A stretch of 51,031 bases of DNA from Escherichia phage BEK7: sequence record MN158209.1, one strand, 5' to 3'. The notes under the pieces were generated by a model, which saw only the letters and a list, made by a program, of their open reading frames with translations, was not told the origin of the DNA and searched no databases. Shown piece by piece: positions 36,987 to 45,452 of this stretch. Within the stretch, counting starts at the first letter, position 1. Each line of letters begins with the position of its first letter. Both the position numbers and the translations under genes were made by a program.

Positions 36987-38566
36987 CCCAGCAATGTTGG
37001 ATTTACGAAAACAACGCCATTAATCACACAAATATAATTTCTTTCCTCAAGCATCGGAAGCAGTTGCGTTTCCATGCGCTTCATTACGCCAGCCTGACCA
37101 ACAAAAGGCTTAACTTTTCGTGCTGCCTCATATATGGCGCGCACATTCAAGATTCCCTTATTAGCCTTGCCGTGTCGAGTGATGATCTCGATTAGTTTAC
37201 CCATTTCAGCATCATCACCAGCATAGCCAGAAGCGTTTGCGGCGCTAATGTATGTTTTGCTCAACTCGCTAAACATCAGCAATGCTTCCTGAACGGTTTC
37301 AACCTCAATCTCTTTAGACTTCTGAGGGTATCCACCAGGATTAAACCAATTGCGGATAGTGTGCAAAACCGAAGCAATCCTGATCACCTGCTTATCCATT
37401 TTGCCAAGCGCACCTCGCAGCATTGTATGCGAATACTTTCCGCCATCAGCAAGATGCGGTTCCATCTCCTGACGAGCCATGTTAAGCACTCGCATTGCTG
37501 ATTTGCTGATCTTAAGCTGGATGTTTGATTCGCTCATTATGTTATGGATCAGCTTGAAATATTGGCTTTTCAGTTCCCCATCAACAGGTTCATAAGTAGA
37601 GTCACCGTTATCATCAACAAACTTTCTACGGCCTAAAAATGATTCCTCACGCACAAGCAAATAACGCTCACTTACACCGATACCTCGCGATCCTGCATCC
37701 ATGATGGCATTGATTGTTTCATCCTGGGCAATTACCGCCATACATCCAAGAGCTTTAAAACTCATATTGTTGTCAGCGTTTGCGCGAGCTATAGAAACAT
37801 GACCGTGATCCCATGCTTTCAGCACAAGTTCGCTGTTTGTTTTGCGTTCGCTATTGGCATATGTCAGACCTAAAAGGCTGTTAATACTCGTTGCCTCGTC
37901 TGAAATTACAGCAAAGTTACCCTGGCGATTGTTGATTCTTGCAAGTCCTTCCGGCGTGGTATCGGACACAGGGAAAACAATGTCACACATCTTTTCAAGT
38001 TTTTCTTCAAGATCTTCTTTCTCCTGGTATAGCGATTCCATGTCAGCGCCAGATCGCTCGCTTTTCATCTCTTTTGCAAGACCTGCCAACTTTGCCTGAA
38101 TCTTTTTTCGTTCCTTCTTTCGCTGATCATTAATTCTTTCTACTTCAGCAACCATAGGAGCAAGCGCCAGGCTGTTAACGGCAGATTTACCAGTTGAAGG
38201 AGGCTGGCTTGTGACAACATAAAGAGCGGTCGGCTGATCCGTTCCGTGATACTCAACAGTGAAGCGTCCAAGCATTGCAGCAGACACACATCCGATAAAA
38301 TGCATATATGCCGATGATTCAGGGAACTGAACTGATCGAGCAATGTTGCGCGCCAACTTACCAACAACATCAACATCATTGCCAAGAGAAATTATAGGGT
38401 AGCGATCGTTTCCGTTATTAACATCATTAACCCCACCCCAAAAGCTGGACGATTGACGGTATCCGTTAGCCTGAATGGACACGCGCACCGGAGACAATCC
38501 TTGCGCATCAGCTAATTCTATAATTTGTTTTGGTGTTAGTTTATTGGTTTCAAACGAAAAATTCAT
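36983..38566 (-). CDS. P-loop NTPase protein (possible replication protein)
   Basis: ATG after GGAG; Walker A-like SQPPSTGKS; about 527 aa; no other motif recognised. Confidence 0.45.
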   Translation of the reverse strand: MNFSFETNKLTPKQIIELADAQGLSPVRVSIQANGYRQSSSFWGGVNDVNNGNDRYPIISLGNDVDVVGKLARNIARSVQFPESSAYMHFIGCVSAAMLGRFTVEYHGTDQPTALYVVTSQPPSTGKSAVNSLALAPMVAEVERINDQRKKERKKIQAKLAGLAKEMKSERSGADMESLYQEKEDLEEKLEKMCDIVFPVSDTTPEGLARINNRQGNFAVISDEATSINSLLGLTYANSERKTNSELVLKAWDHGHVSIARANADNNMSFKALGCMAVIAQDETINAIMDAGSRGIGVSERYLLVREESFLGRRKFVDDNGDSTYEPVDGELKSQYFKLIHNIMSESNIQLKISKSAMRVLNMARQEMEPHLADGGKYSHTMLRGALGKMDKQVIRIASVLHTIRNWFNPGGYPQKSKEIEVETVQEALLMFSELSKTYISAANASGYAGDDAEMGKLIEIITRHGKANKGILNVRAIYEAARKVKPFVGQAGVMKRMETQLLPMLEERNYICVINGVVFVNPTLLG

Positions 38567-38619
38567 TGGTGATAACTCCTTTTTGATGCGGCAATAATAC
38601 CGCACCAATGCTACCCGCA

Positions 38620-38638
38620 TTTAACAAAAAATGCTATT
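38620..38638 (-). promoter_or_regulatory. conserved 21-nt promoter-like element (copy)
   Basis: Minus-strand AATAGCATTTTTTGTTAAA; its TAG is the stop of ORF 38634-38897; TATTAT 22 nt downstream. Confidence 0.5.
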
Positions 38639-38897
38639 TGATCCGCTCTATGCTAACTAAGATTTTTTCTGGTTCCTTTGCACTATGGAAATGCGCGGTT
38701 ACAGAATCAACAAAATCAAAGTAAAGTGATTTGTGATATGAGAATCCAATCAGCCAACCTACCGCCGTTTTTTTGATGGGCCTGACTATATCGCCAGGCT
38801 TGAAGGTTTTTGTTGCTGAATAAGTCACCTTATAGCGATATTCAGTCTTGATCATGAGACTTCTCTTTTCCGTGGTTTTCGTGGAAACCATGCTCAA
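38634..38897 (-). CDS. hypothetical protein
   Basis: 87-aa ORF. Confidence 0.35.
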   Translation of the reverse strand: MSMVSTKTTEKRSLMIKTEYRYKVTYSATKTFKPGDIVRPIKKTAVGWLIGFSYHKSLYFDFVDSVTAHFHSAKEPEKILVSIERIK

Positions 38898-39360
38898 TCA
38901 ACAACCTATCTATTGCTGATATAGCCGACTCAATACATGTGTGCCATCCACCATAAATCAATCTACCATCAACCTTTACATTAACCTTGTACTTCCCCCT
39001 ATTTTCGTACCAGATAATTCCTATATGACCGATTGTATTGTTAGATCGCATGGATAAATTTCGTCCGTTTATCGACCTTGTAACCAATCTCAAGTTTTCT
39101 ATCCTGTTATCAGTTCTGTCATGGTTTATGTGATCAATTTCCATTCCTTGAGGAATATCTCCGTTGTGCATAATCCAAACAACCCTGTGAGCATAAATTT
39201 GTACACCTTCTACAGTTAGCTTTACATACCCTTTGCTGTTTACGGTTCCAGCCTCAAGACTGCGTTTTCTACCCTTTCTCCACTCCTTCCAGTAAAGAAT
39301 ACCGTCGTCGTATCTTAGTTGGCTTAGAAGTATTTCGCTTGAAATTTTGCAGTTGCACAT
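38842..39360 (-). CDS. HNH homing endonuclease
   Basis: HRVVWIMHNGDIPQGMEIDHINHDRTDNRIENLRLV. Confidence 0.85.
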   Translation of the reverse strand: MCNCKISSEILLSQLRYDDGILYWKEWRKGRKRSLEAGTVNSKGYVKLTVEGVQIYAHRVVWIMHNGDIPQGMEIDHINHDRTDNRIENLRLVTRSINGRNLSMRSNNTIGHIGIIWYENRGKYKVNVKVDGRLIYGGWHTCIESAISAIDRLLIEHGFHENHGKEKSHDQD

Positions 39361-39707
39361 TCAAAACCATCCTCGCAGCGATATAGAGTAAAGCGATCAC
39401 CTTGTTCATCGTAAACATACCCAGCAACAGCGCCAAGCACTCTACCACTTTCCACTTGATACCTCTTTCCTTGCTTGAAAGTTTTCTTAACGCTAAGAGA
39501 ATGGTCAACGAAAGTGCAAAGTATTGTTTTTGTCTTGATATGACGATAGTCAGACTCAACAGCGTTTTGCCACTTGCTACCCTTTGTAATGCTCTTTACC
39601 TGGAATTGTTCCAACTCGATCACATCATCGCTACCAGCAATTTTTTCGTATACAGCTTTATAACGACCGTTCATCAAAACGTTGGTTTTATTGCAGATAA
39701 CTTTCAT
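39324..39707 (-). CDS. hypothetical protein
   Basis: 127-aa ORF about 70 nt downstream of an element copy. Confidence 0.4.
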   Translation of the reverse strand: MKVICNKTNVLMNGRYKAVYEKIAGSDDVIELEQFQVKSITKGSKWQNAVESDYRHIKTKTILCTFVDHSLSVKKTFKQGKRYQVESGRVLGAVAGYVYDEQGDRFTLYRCEDGFECATAKFQAKYF

Positions 39708-39762
39708 CGTTTATTTCTCCTTTCGTTTCGGTGAAGTGATTATGCCAGGTTTTTACACCTGG

Positions 39763-39783
39763 CTTTTAACAAAAAGTGCTATT
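39763..39783 (-). promoter_or_regulatory. conserved 21-nt promoter-like element (copy)
   Basis: Minus-strand AATAGCACTTTTTGTTAAAAG; TAG is the stop of ORF 39779-40465; hairpin CCAGGT...ACCTGG then CATAAT. Confidence 0.5.
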
Positions 39784-40465
39784 TTGAGTTTGCCTCAAAT
39801 ACGGCGCGAGCAAATCCTCGCGGAGTGAGTGAGCGTAGTTGCTTTGTTCTGGCAGACTTACCGCCTAAAAACTTCCAACCCCAAAAGAACATTACGCCCT
39901 CATCATTGCATAACGGCTTGCGTTCGGGTTCTGTAAATCCGTTGCCGCACCAGATAGCAGTCCTTTTTGTGTATCCATCCTTTAGCGGCATCTTGGGGTG
40001 AAAAGATCCATCGGATTCGTCCAGGTAGTTACCAAAATCGCGCGGATTGAAATAAAAATCAGGCTTGCGCCATAGCGTTGATAGTCGGCCTACAGGATTC
40101 TCAGCCATCCAGGGAACACCGAAATGATTCCCGACAGTTTCAACCATGATTGCATTTTTGAGCGCGACCTGAATATCATCATCGCTTCGCAAGTGCTTAC
40201 TTCCTGATTGGGCAAACATGGTGCAGTCTGGAAATCCAAATACAATATCTGGTTTTGGAATATCCATCTTACTGATTCTTTCAATGAAATTTTCATCAAT
40301 CCACATATTCACATAATGAAGATTTTCATGCTTCATCTTGATGAAATATTCTCCGTGGTTGCCTTCGTCAGCGTTGAAGCAATAGCATTGATAGCCAGCC
40401 TTCGCATATTCCAGCAACATAATTCCAGATCCATCAAACATTGAGTAAGCGATTTTTTGTTTCAT
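39779..40465 (-). CDS. C5-cytosine methyltransferase-like protein (compact, no obvious target-recognition domain)
   Basis: AdoMet motif I-like YSMFDGSG, PC-like FGFPDCTMFAQSG, ENV-like AENPVG; only 228 aa. Confidence 0.45.
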   Translation of the reverse strand: MKQKIAYSMFDGSGIMLLEYAKAGYQCYCFNADEGNHGEYFIKMKHENLHYVNMWIDENFIERISKMDIPKPDIVFGFPDCTMFAQSGSKHLRSDDDIQVALKNAIMVETVGNHFGVPWMAENPVGRLSTLWRKPDFYFNPRDFGNYLDESDGSFHPKMPLKDGYTKRTAIWCGNGFTEPERKPLCNDEGVMFFWGWKFLGGKSARTKQLRSLTPRGFARAVFEANSK

Positions 40466-40474
40466 CTTTCAGCC

Positions 40475-40699
40475 TCAAAACGGAAAGCATATGGGGCAGT
40501 TCGGATCAAAATTGCAACCACAATCATTAACAATCATAGTTGGATCTGCAAATGCAGCGCCGCATTCATGATCCATATCCATTTCACCCAACGCATCATC
40601 AAGCGTCCTGATCTTATATGCAACTTCAAGCGCCGCCTCTTTATTTAGTCCGGCATCTTCTGCCATTTGAAGGCGTTCAAAAAAACCGTCCTGACTCAT
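40475..40699 (-). CDS. hypothetical Cys-rich small protein
   Basis: 74 aa with HECG...CGC...CPIC cluster. Confidence 0.4.
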   Translation of the reverse strand: MSQDGFFERLQMAEDAGLNKEAALEVAYKIRTLDDALGEMDMDHECGAAFADPTMIVNDCGCNFDPNCPICFPF

Positions 40700-40809
40700 T
40701 TCATAAACTCCTTAATAACAGCAAGAATAATTACAAGACCAGCAGTAAAAACAAGAAAACCGACAAGGCCAATCATAACACCAAATAAAATATCAAGCGC
40801 CTTAATCAT
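40696..40809 (-). CDS. hypothetical 37-aa membrane peptide (below ORF-track cutoff)
   Basis: Translation MIKALDILFGVMIGLVGFLVFTAGLVIILAVIKEFMK from reverse strand; stop overlaps next start (ATGA). Confidence 0.3.
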   Translation of the reverse strand: MIKALDILFGVMIGLVGFLVFTAGLVIILAVIKEFMK

Positions 40810-40819
40810 TTATTCACCA

Positions 40820-40850
40820 TTGATAAAACGGGAGGCAGCAACCTCCCATT
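40820..40850 (-). terminator. hairpin terminator-like element (minus strand)
   Basis: GGGAGGC-AGCAA-CCTCCC followed on minus strand by GTTTTAT. Confidence 0.4.
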
Positions 40851-40856
40851 AATTAA

Positions 40857-41123
40857 TCAGACAGCCTTCCAGCTTTCAATGAACATGCTGTTCTCTTCAA
40901 GAAGTTTAATCAATTCTTCGCGAGTATATTTGCGAATTTTACTACCAGGATGCGAGCCAACAACAAACACACCTTTACCGCTTGTGATTGTTAACTGGTT
41001 GATTCCACAAGATTGATCAATTTTCACAGCGACGCGGTGATGTGCATCAACAGTGTGCATGATGTTAGTTACTTTAGCTTTCATTGCGCGATCCTCATTA
41101 TATTTGGTTTGGTAACTATACAA
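40857..41123 (-). CDS. hypothetical protein
   Basis: ORF in track. Confidence 0.35.
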   Translation of the reverse strand: MYSYQTKYNEDRAMKAKVTNIMHTVDAHHRVAVKIDQSCGINQLTITSGKGVFVVGSHPGSKIRKYTREELIKLLEENSMFIESWKAV

Positions 41124-41258
41124 GGTTTAAGAAATATTGTTTAGCAATTCGTGATATCAGTTGAAATGGCTATGGCGTTTTGCTCGCTTTCCGTCTCCGC
41201 CATAATGATCATTAGAAACAGCAATCATCCAGGAATTATGGAATATTATTAGCTTCAT

Positions 41259-41537
41259 CTAATTAATACCAACCAAGTTAAAACTTACATTTTTTGTTGA
41301 GAATACATACGCCTCAACAGCGCCGCCAAATACGCGAATTTTCCCATGTCCGTACTGCGTATTCATATTGCGCCAAACCGTTATATTAGAACAGAACGCG
41401 CTACCAGTCTTAATGAGATTATCCATTTCTCTTCTTAGATCACGATAATCAAGCCAGAATCTATAAGCGCGTTGTTTAATTCGCGCCGACTTGATTATCT
41501 CGATTGCGCTATTGAAATCATTCTTTTCATATGCCAT
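41259..41537 (-). CDS. hypothetical protein
   Basis: ORF in track. Confidence 0.35.
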   Translation of the reverse strand: MAYEKNDFNSAIEIIKSARIKQRAYRFWLDYRDLRREMDNLIKTGSAFCSNITVWRNMNTQYGHGKIRVFGGAVEAYVFSTKNVSFNLVGIN

Positions 41538-41734
41538 TAGATGATCTCCATATAGGTTTCAAAGCCAGTCAACTTGAACAAGCCGTTTTCACATTTTCGC
41601 ACGTTCCAAGTCAGCCCTGAGTGGTACGCCTCCATATCATCAAGATCAATGGTGATTTCAACGCCTTTCTTAAATAATCCTTTTTCGTGAGATTTGTCGC
41701 GCTTAACCACTTTAACATCAACCTGTGTTTCCAT
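41537..41734 (-). CDS. hypothetical protein
   Basis: Start moved to ATG (METQVDV); about 68 nt downstream of an element copy. Confidence 0.35.
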   Translation of the reverse strand: METQVDVKVVKRDKSHEKGLFKKGVEITIDLDDMEAYHSGLTWNVRKCENGLFKLTGFETYMEII

Positions 41735-41791
41735 TTTCAAATCCTCGCATTCGTTGTCGATGCGCTTAATATACCAATCAGAGGCGCATCG

Positions 41792-41812
41792 GTTTTAACA
41801 AAAAGTGCTATT
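41792..41812 (-). promoter_or_regulatory. conserved 21-nt promoter-like element (copy)
   Basis: Minus-strand AATAGCACTTTTTGTTAAAAC; TATATT lies in the loop of hairpin GATGCGC...GCGCATC. Confidence 0.5.
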
Positions 41813-42171
41813 TAGTCCAGGAATTCGATTTCACGTTCTCCAGTTAGCGGATCTACAAGCCAGAATCCGAGCGGCTCGCCGTAAACACCGCCATAGAATC
41901 CAAGCGCCGACAGATCTTCACCTTTAACGAATGCCAGGTTTCCGCAACGACTTACGTGAGACACGTTAACGATAACCGGAAAGGTGCGATCCTTAAACGC
42001 AGGCCGCAGGGCGTAACACCCGTTATTGAGCAAACGTGCTTTGCGCTTAACTGGAATAGGTGCATTGATTCGCGCCATCTCTATTTCTCCATTGTTGTTA
42101 ACCATGTTTAACGGCATCCAGAACATCACAGGATTCGTTAATAAATTTTGCCATGCGCTTATCATCACCAA
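41812..42171 (-). CDS. hypothetical protein
   Basis: ORF in track. Confidence 0.35.
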   Translation of the reverse strand: MVMISAWQNLLTNPVMFWMPLNMVNNNGEIEMARINAPIPVKRKARLLNNGCYALRPAFKDRTFPVIVNVSHVSRCGNLAFVKGEDLSALGFYGGVYGEPLGFWLVDPLTGEREIEFLD

Positions 42172-42337
42172 CAGGGATTAGCGCGTTAAACTCGAGTTTG
42201 CTACTGAATACCGTAACTTTATGAAACGATGCGAACGGCATCGACGGGAACTCCACTGTTTGCGTCAAGATCCGCAACCCCATCTTTTTGGCCCTTACCT
42301 GGGCCTCTGCAAGTTCAAAATCCATCTCATTAATCAT
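42098..42337 (-). CDS. hypothetical protein
   Basis: ORF in track. Confidence 0.3.
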   Translation of the reverse strand: MINEMDFELAEAQVRAKKMGLRILTQTVEFPSMPFASFHKVTVFSSKLEFNALIPVGDDKRMAKFINESCDVLDAVKHG

Positions 42338-42606
42338 TTCTTGATCTCCTCAGCAATAAACTTCAATACCTGGCGCAAAAACACTTCGTTGTTGATGGTC
42401 GCTGGCAATTCTTCTTTCACTTCTTGCGGCAGATATATATTGCCGTGCCAGGTCAAGCAATCGTAGTTGATACGATAAGAGCAAAGCCATTCGCAATCGT
42501 TATCTGCTTCCCAAATGCAAAGCTGCATTACGTCGCCAAAATCCTCAACAGTCAGATCCAGACCGTGACGCTTAGCGAAGTTGAAAGTGGTTTTGCTGAT
42601 GTTCAT
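42334..42606 (-). CDS. hypothetical protein (first gene of leftward cluster)
   Basis: 90-aa ORF, RBS GGAGAT, about 65 nt downstream of an element copy. Confidence 0.4.
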   Translation of the reverse strand: MNISKTTFNFAKRHGLDLTVEDFGDVMQLCIWEADNDCEWLCSYRINYDCLTWHGNIYLPQEVKEELPATINNEVFLRQVLKFIAEEIKK

Positions 42607-42664
42607 TGCTATCTCCTGAGCGTTTCGTTTCGATGTGTGTAATGTACCCGATCAGGCGGATTCA

Positions 42665-42685
42665 GTTTTAACAAAAAGTGCTATT
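42665..42685 (-). promoter_or_regulatory. conserved 21-nt promoter-like element (copy)
   Basis: Minus-strand AATAGCACTTTTTGTTAAAAC; TACATT 22 nt downstream. Confidence 0.5.
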
Positions 42686-42949
42686 TGCCGACTGGTTATT
42701 ATTCCATCTATTCCATTAATCAGGAATAACAGGAATAACTCATTCGCGATCACCTGGATTGTGAGACTTTGAGTTTGATCAATTTTAATCAGTTGATTAA
42801 CTTTTTGTGCGGAGGGGATAGAGAAACACGGTCCTCTCGCATCCTTTCCGGCAATCCTGGCGAGCAATTCTGTTTCTTTCGTTCCCGTTGTTATGCCAAA
42901 TAGCCCTCCGCAACTGGCGATAACAGAAATCGCGTTGACATAACAAAAA

Positions 42950-43145
42950 AAACAAATATAAATATATATATATACCCATAAAATCAATAAGTTAGTTATA
43001 TATATAATTATAACTGTTATCTGTTGTTATCCTTGTTTCATGGGTATATTGGTAGGTGGTATTGTTTTTGTGAATATGTATGTGTGATTGTATGTTTTTT
43101 AATCAATGGTGATATGTGGTGATTTTGTATGTATATATGTATGGG
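42950..43145. repeat. AT-rich divergent control region, copy B
   Basis: Shares ATAAAATCAATA, TGTTATCTGT, GGTGATTTT, GTATGTATAT blocks with 21661-21850. Confidence 0.6.
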
Positions 43146-43276
43146 GGAGTGGCAATCCTCCGTCAACCAGCTAAACAAGCCAATATTTTCAAGTTAAAAC
43201 AATGACTTAAGCTGTGTCATTTGTTATCAGGCAACAGCATTTTGATAAAAAATGCAGCCAAAACAGAGAAAACATA

Positions 43277-43305
43277 TTGACACCACCAGGCTGCATGGTC
43301 ATAAT
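43277..43305 (+). promoter_or_regulatory. sigma70-like promoter (TTGACA-17-CATAAT)
   Basis: -35 TTGACA 43277-43282, 17-nt spacer, -10 CATAAT 43300-43305, about 40 nt before ATG 43345. Confidence 0.6.
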
Positions 43306-43344
43306 GCGCCACATCTAAACGCAACCAATACGGGAGAAAATTCA

Positions 43345-43863
43345 ATGATTAACGACGATCTTGAAATGATTGACGAAAGCGAAGACGAAGCGCCACGCAT
43401 GACGCGCAAGGAGTTCTGTAACATGCTGCGCGAGGTTGCGCAGAAGATTGGCAGCGGTGAACGTGACGAAGTGTCAATGCCGATCCTGTATATACACGCC
43501 AACGTCGAGGATGGTCACGAAATTACAGCATCATACATGCGCGGAATTATGAATCGTGTGCCGGAAATCAAAAAGCGCGGAGTGACAAGCATTAAGCGCA
43601 AAACTGGTAGTGGTGGATGCTGCTATGTGTTCTCACTTGCAGAGAAAGAGAGCAAACCTCGCGTGCTGACTGGCGATGAAATTAACGCCATTGTAAGCGA
43701 GAGAACTGCTAAGGCTGTTAATAAAGCGCTTAAGCACCTGGCTAGCGTGATGCCTCGCGTGTCAGATCTTGAAGGTGATAAGCTGGCTGGGGCGCTCATT
43801 ATGGGTGAGCGATTCCATGAAATTATTGATGGCATGATTAAGAAGGTTGGCGACGATGAATAA
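43345..43863 (+). CDS. hypothetical protein (acidic N-terminus)
   Basis: ATG after GGGAGA; first gene of rightward cluster. Confidence 0.45.
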   Translation: MINDDLEMIDESEDEAPRMTRKEFCNMLREVAQKIGSGERDEVSMPILYIHANVEDGHEITASYMRGIMNRVPEIKKRGVTSIKRKTGSGGCCYVFSLAEKESKPRVLTGDEINAIVSERTAKAVNKALKHLASVMPRVSDLEGDKLAGALIMGERFHEIIDGMIKKVGDDE

Positions 43864-44104
43864 GATTGATATTGATAAAGCCGCAAAACAAGTTGTTAGT
43901 GCGCTTGGTGGCAAGAAGTACACGAAAGAGGATGTGGAAAAAATACTGGACACGGCTAGGGACTTGATGATTCACGATGCCGTGCTTTCTTCTGGAGAGT
44001 GGCAAAAAACGTATCCGGCATCTTCCGAGGATATGATGAAAGCTATCAGAATCCTAGTAAATCACAGGGATAGCTTTAGCGTTACTTTCACTGACCGGAA
44101 ATAG
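43847..44104 (+). CDS. hypothetical protein
   Basis: 85-aa ORF; stop TAG is inside the next element copy. Confidence 0.4.
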   Translation: MATMNKIDIDKAAKQVVSALGGKKYTKEDVEKILDTARDLMIHDAVLSSGEWQKTYPASSEDMMKAIRILVNHRDSFSVTFTDRK

Positions 44105-44120
44105 CACTTTTTGTTAAAAC
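44100..44120 (+). promoter_or_regulatory. conserved 21-nt promoter-like element (copy)
   Basis: AATAGCACTTTTTGTTAAAAC; CATAAT 22 nt downstream. Confidence 0.5.
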
Positions 44121-44198
44121 TCGAAAACGATAACCAGGCATAATAAATCACATAGGGCGGCACGGCGTCGACCACAAAACCAATCAGGAGAAAGCACC

Positions 44199-45089
44199 AT
44201 GTTAAAACTTGCTGACATTAAATTCCCGATCACCTTCGAATCTCGCTACATTGGTCATTTCATGTTTACCGACGAGAAGACATGCACTAAGTTTAACGAA
44301 GACGGAAGTACAAACGCTTCAACAATGGAGATTGAACACTTCATTGAAGCGCACAATAAACACTACAACTCACTCAGAGACTACGGTTACGCAATGCCAG
44401 GCTACACTTGTTTGCACTACAAACCATATGAAGGCCAGGTGTTACCAGTGCGCTCGCCGGAACGCGAAGAGATTCATACGGTAGATATGAAAACCTGCGA
44501 CTACAAAAAATTGTGGTGCTTAAACGTGGATAACATTAAGTATCCGATCGTATTCCGCACTGTTGATTATTCAACGATTCGCTATACGTCACCAGACAAC
44601 GGCGTTTATAGTGATGGCCTGAAATCAGGTTTTAAAGTTGATTTTTTTGTTGATGGTCATAACAAATTAAATCCGCACAACGAAAAAGATAAGGTGTACT
44701 ACGTGGAAGATATTACAAAACACTTGTTTGGGGAAACACCATTCGGCGGCGGGAAGACGTCAATTCAAAAAATCATTGGCGAGGAGATCCACAAGGAAGC
44801 CGCTGAAATGAAAGCGCCTGGAAGCTGGCGTATTGATAAGAGCGAAATTGCCTATCAAGAAATAGTAACGCAGGGAGCAATTGAAGACATGCCAGTTGCC
44901 GCCACGTTAAAAGGGGTTCAGCTTGATGACGGCACCTGGTATGAATTAACGGCTAAGCCAAAGACGATCGAAATTCATGATGACGTTGTTATCCTCCTTC
45001 TTCACTACTGCGGAGCTAAAAACCGGACTGTTGCAGGTGAGATCAGCATCAAGCGCGGAACTATGGTTAAGTGGAAGGTCAAAGTATGA
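44199..45089 (+). CDS. hypothetical protein
   Basis: 296-aa ORF with RBS AGGAG; no motif recognised. Confidence 0.45.
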   Translation: MLKLADIKFPITFESRYIGHFMFTDEKTCTKFNEDGSTNASTMEIEHFIEAHNKHYNSLRDYGYAMPGYTCLHYKPYEGQVLPVRSPEREEIHTVDMKTCDYKKLWCLNVDNIKYPIVFRTVDYSTIRYTSPDNGVYSDGLKSGFKVDFFVDGHNKLNPHNEKDKVYYVEDITKHLFGETPFGGGKTSIQKIIGEEIHKEAAEMKAPGSWRIDKSEIAYQEIVTQGAIEDMPVAATLKGVQLDDGTWYELTAKPKTIEIHDDVVILLLHYCGAKNRTVAGEISIKRGTMVKWKVKV

Positions 45090-45148
45090 GTAATTGGCAC
45101 AACGAGCATGTAATGCAGTTTTACCGCCAGCGCATCAAGAAAATGCTC

Positions 45149-45169
45149 AATAGCACGAATTGTTAAAAC
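45149..45169 (+). promoter_or_regulatory. conserved element, GAA-variant copy
   Basis: AATAGCACGAATTGTTAAAAC followed by hairpin GGGCCA-TGTATAA-TGGCCC with TATAAT in the loop. Confidence 0.5.
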
Positions 45170-45221
45170 TCAAATGTGGGGCCATGTATAATGGCCCTAC
45201 TTTCAACGAAGGAGACAAAAG

Positions 45222-45452
45222 ATGTACATTAGCAAGAAGATGAAGTGCATTTCCGTTAACCATGGTCGATCTGGCATGTTCAAGCCAGGCGAAATCTATA
45301 TGGCGCAAAAGTTGAAATCATCAACCGGATCTTTTTACGTGAGAAATAGTAAAGGACATCTCATGTTCCTGAACGGTGGCGAAGGTACTAAGGTTATGGC
45401 ACACGCTATGGTAATTGCTGAATTTGAGGAGGTGAAGGATGGAGACAAATAA
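45222..45452 (+). CDS. hypothetical protein
   Basis: 76-aa ORF, RBS AAGGAG. Confidence 0.4.
   Translation: MYISKKMKCISVNHGRSGMFKPGEIYMAQKLKSSTGSFYVRNSKGHLMFLNGGEGTKVMAHAMVIAEFEEVKDGDK

Noticed and set aside
44199-45089. 296-aa ORF as a possible RNA ligase completing a tRNA-repair set with the kinase and phosphatase
   Set aside because: No KxDGxR ligase/nucleotidyltransferase motif found; left as hypothetical.
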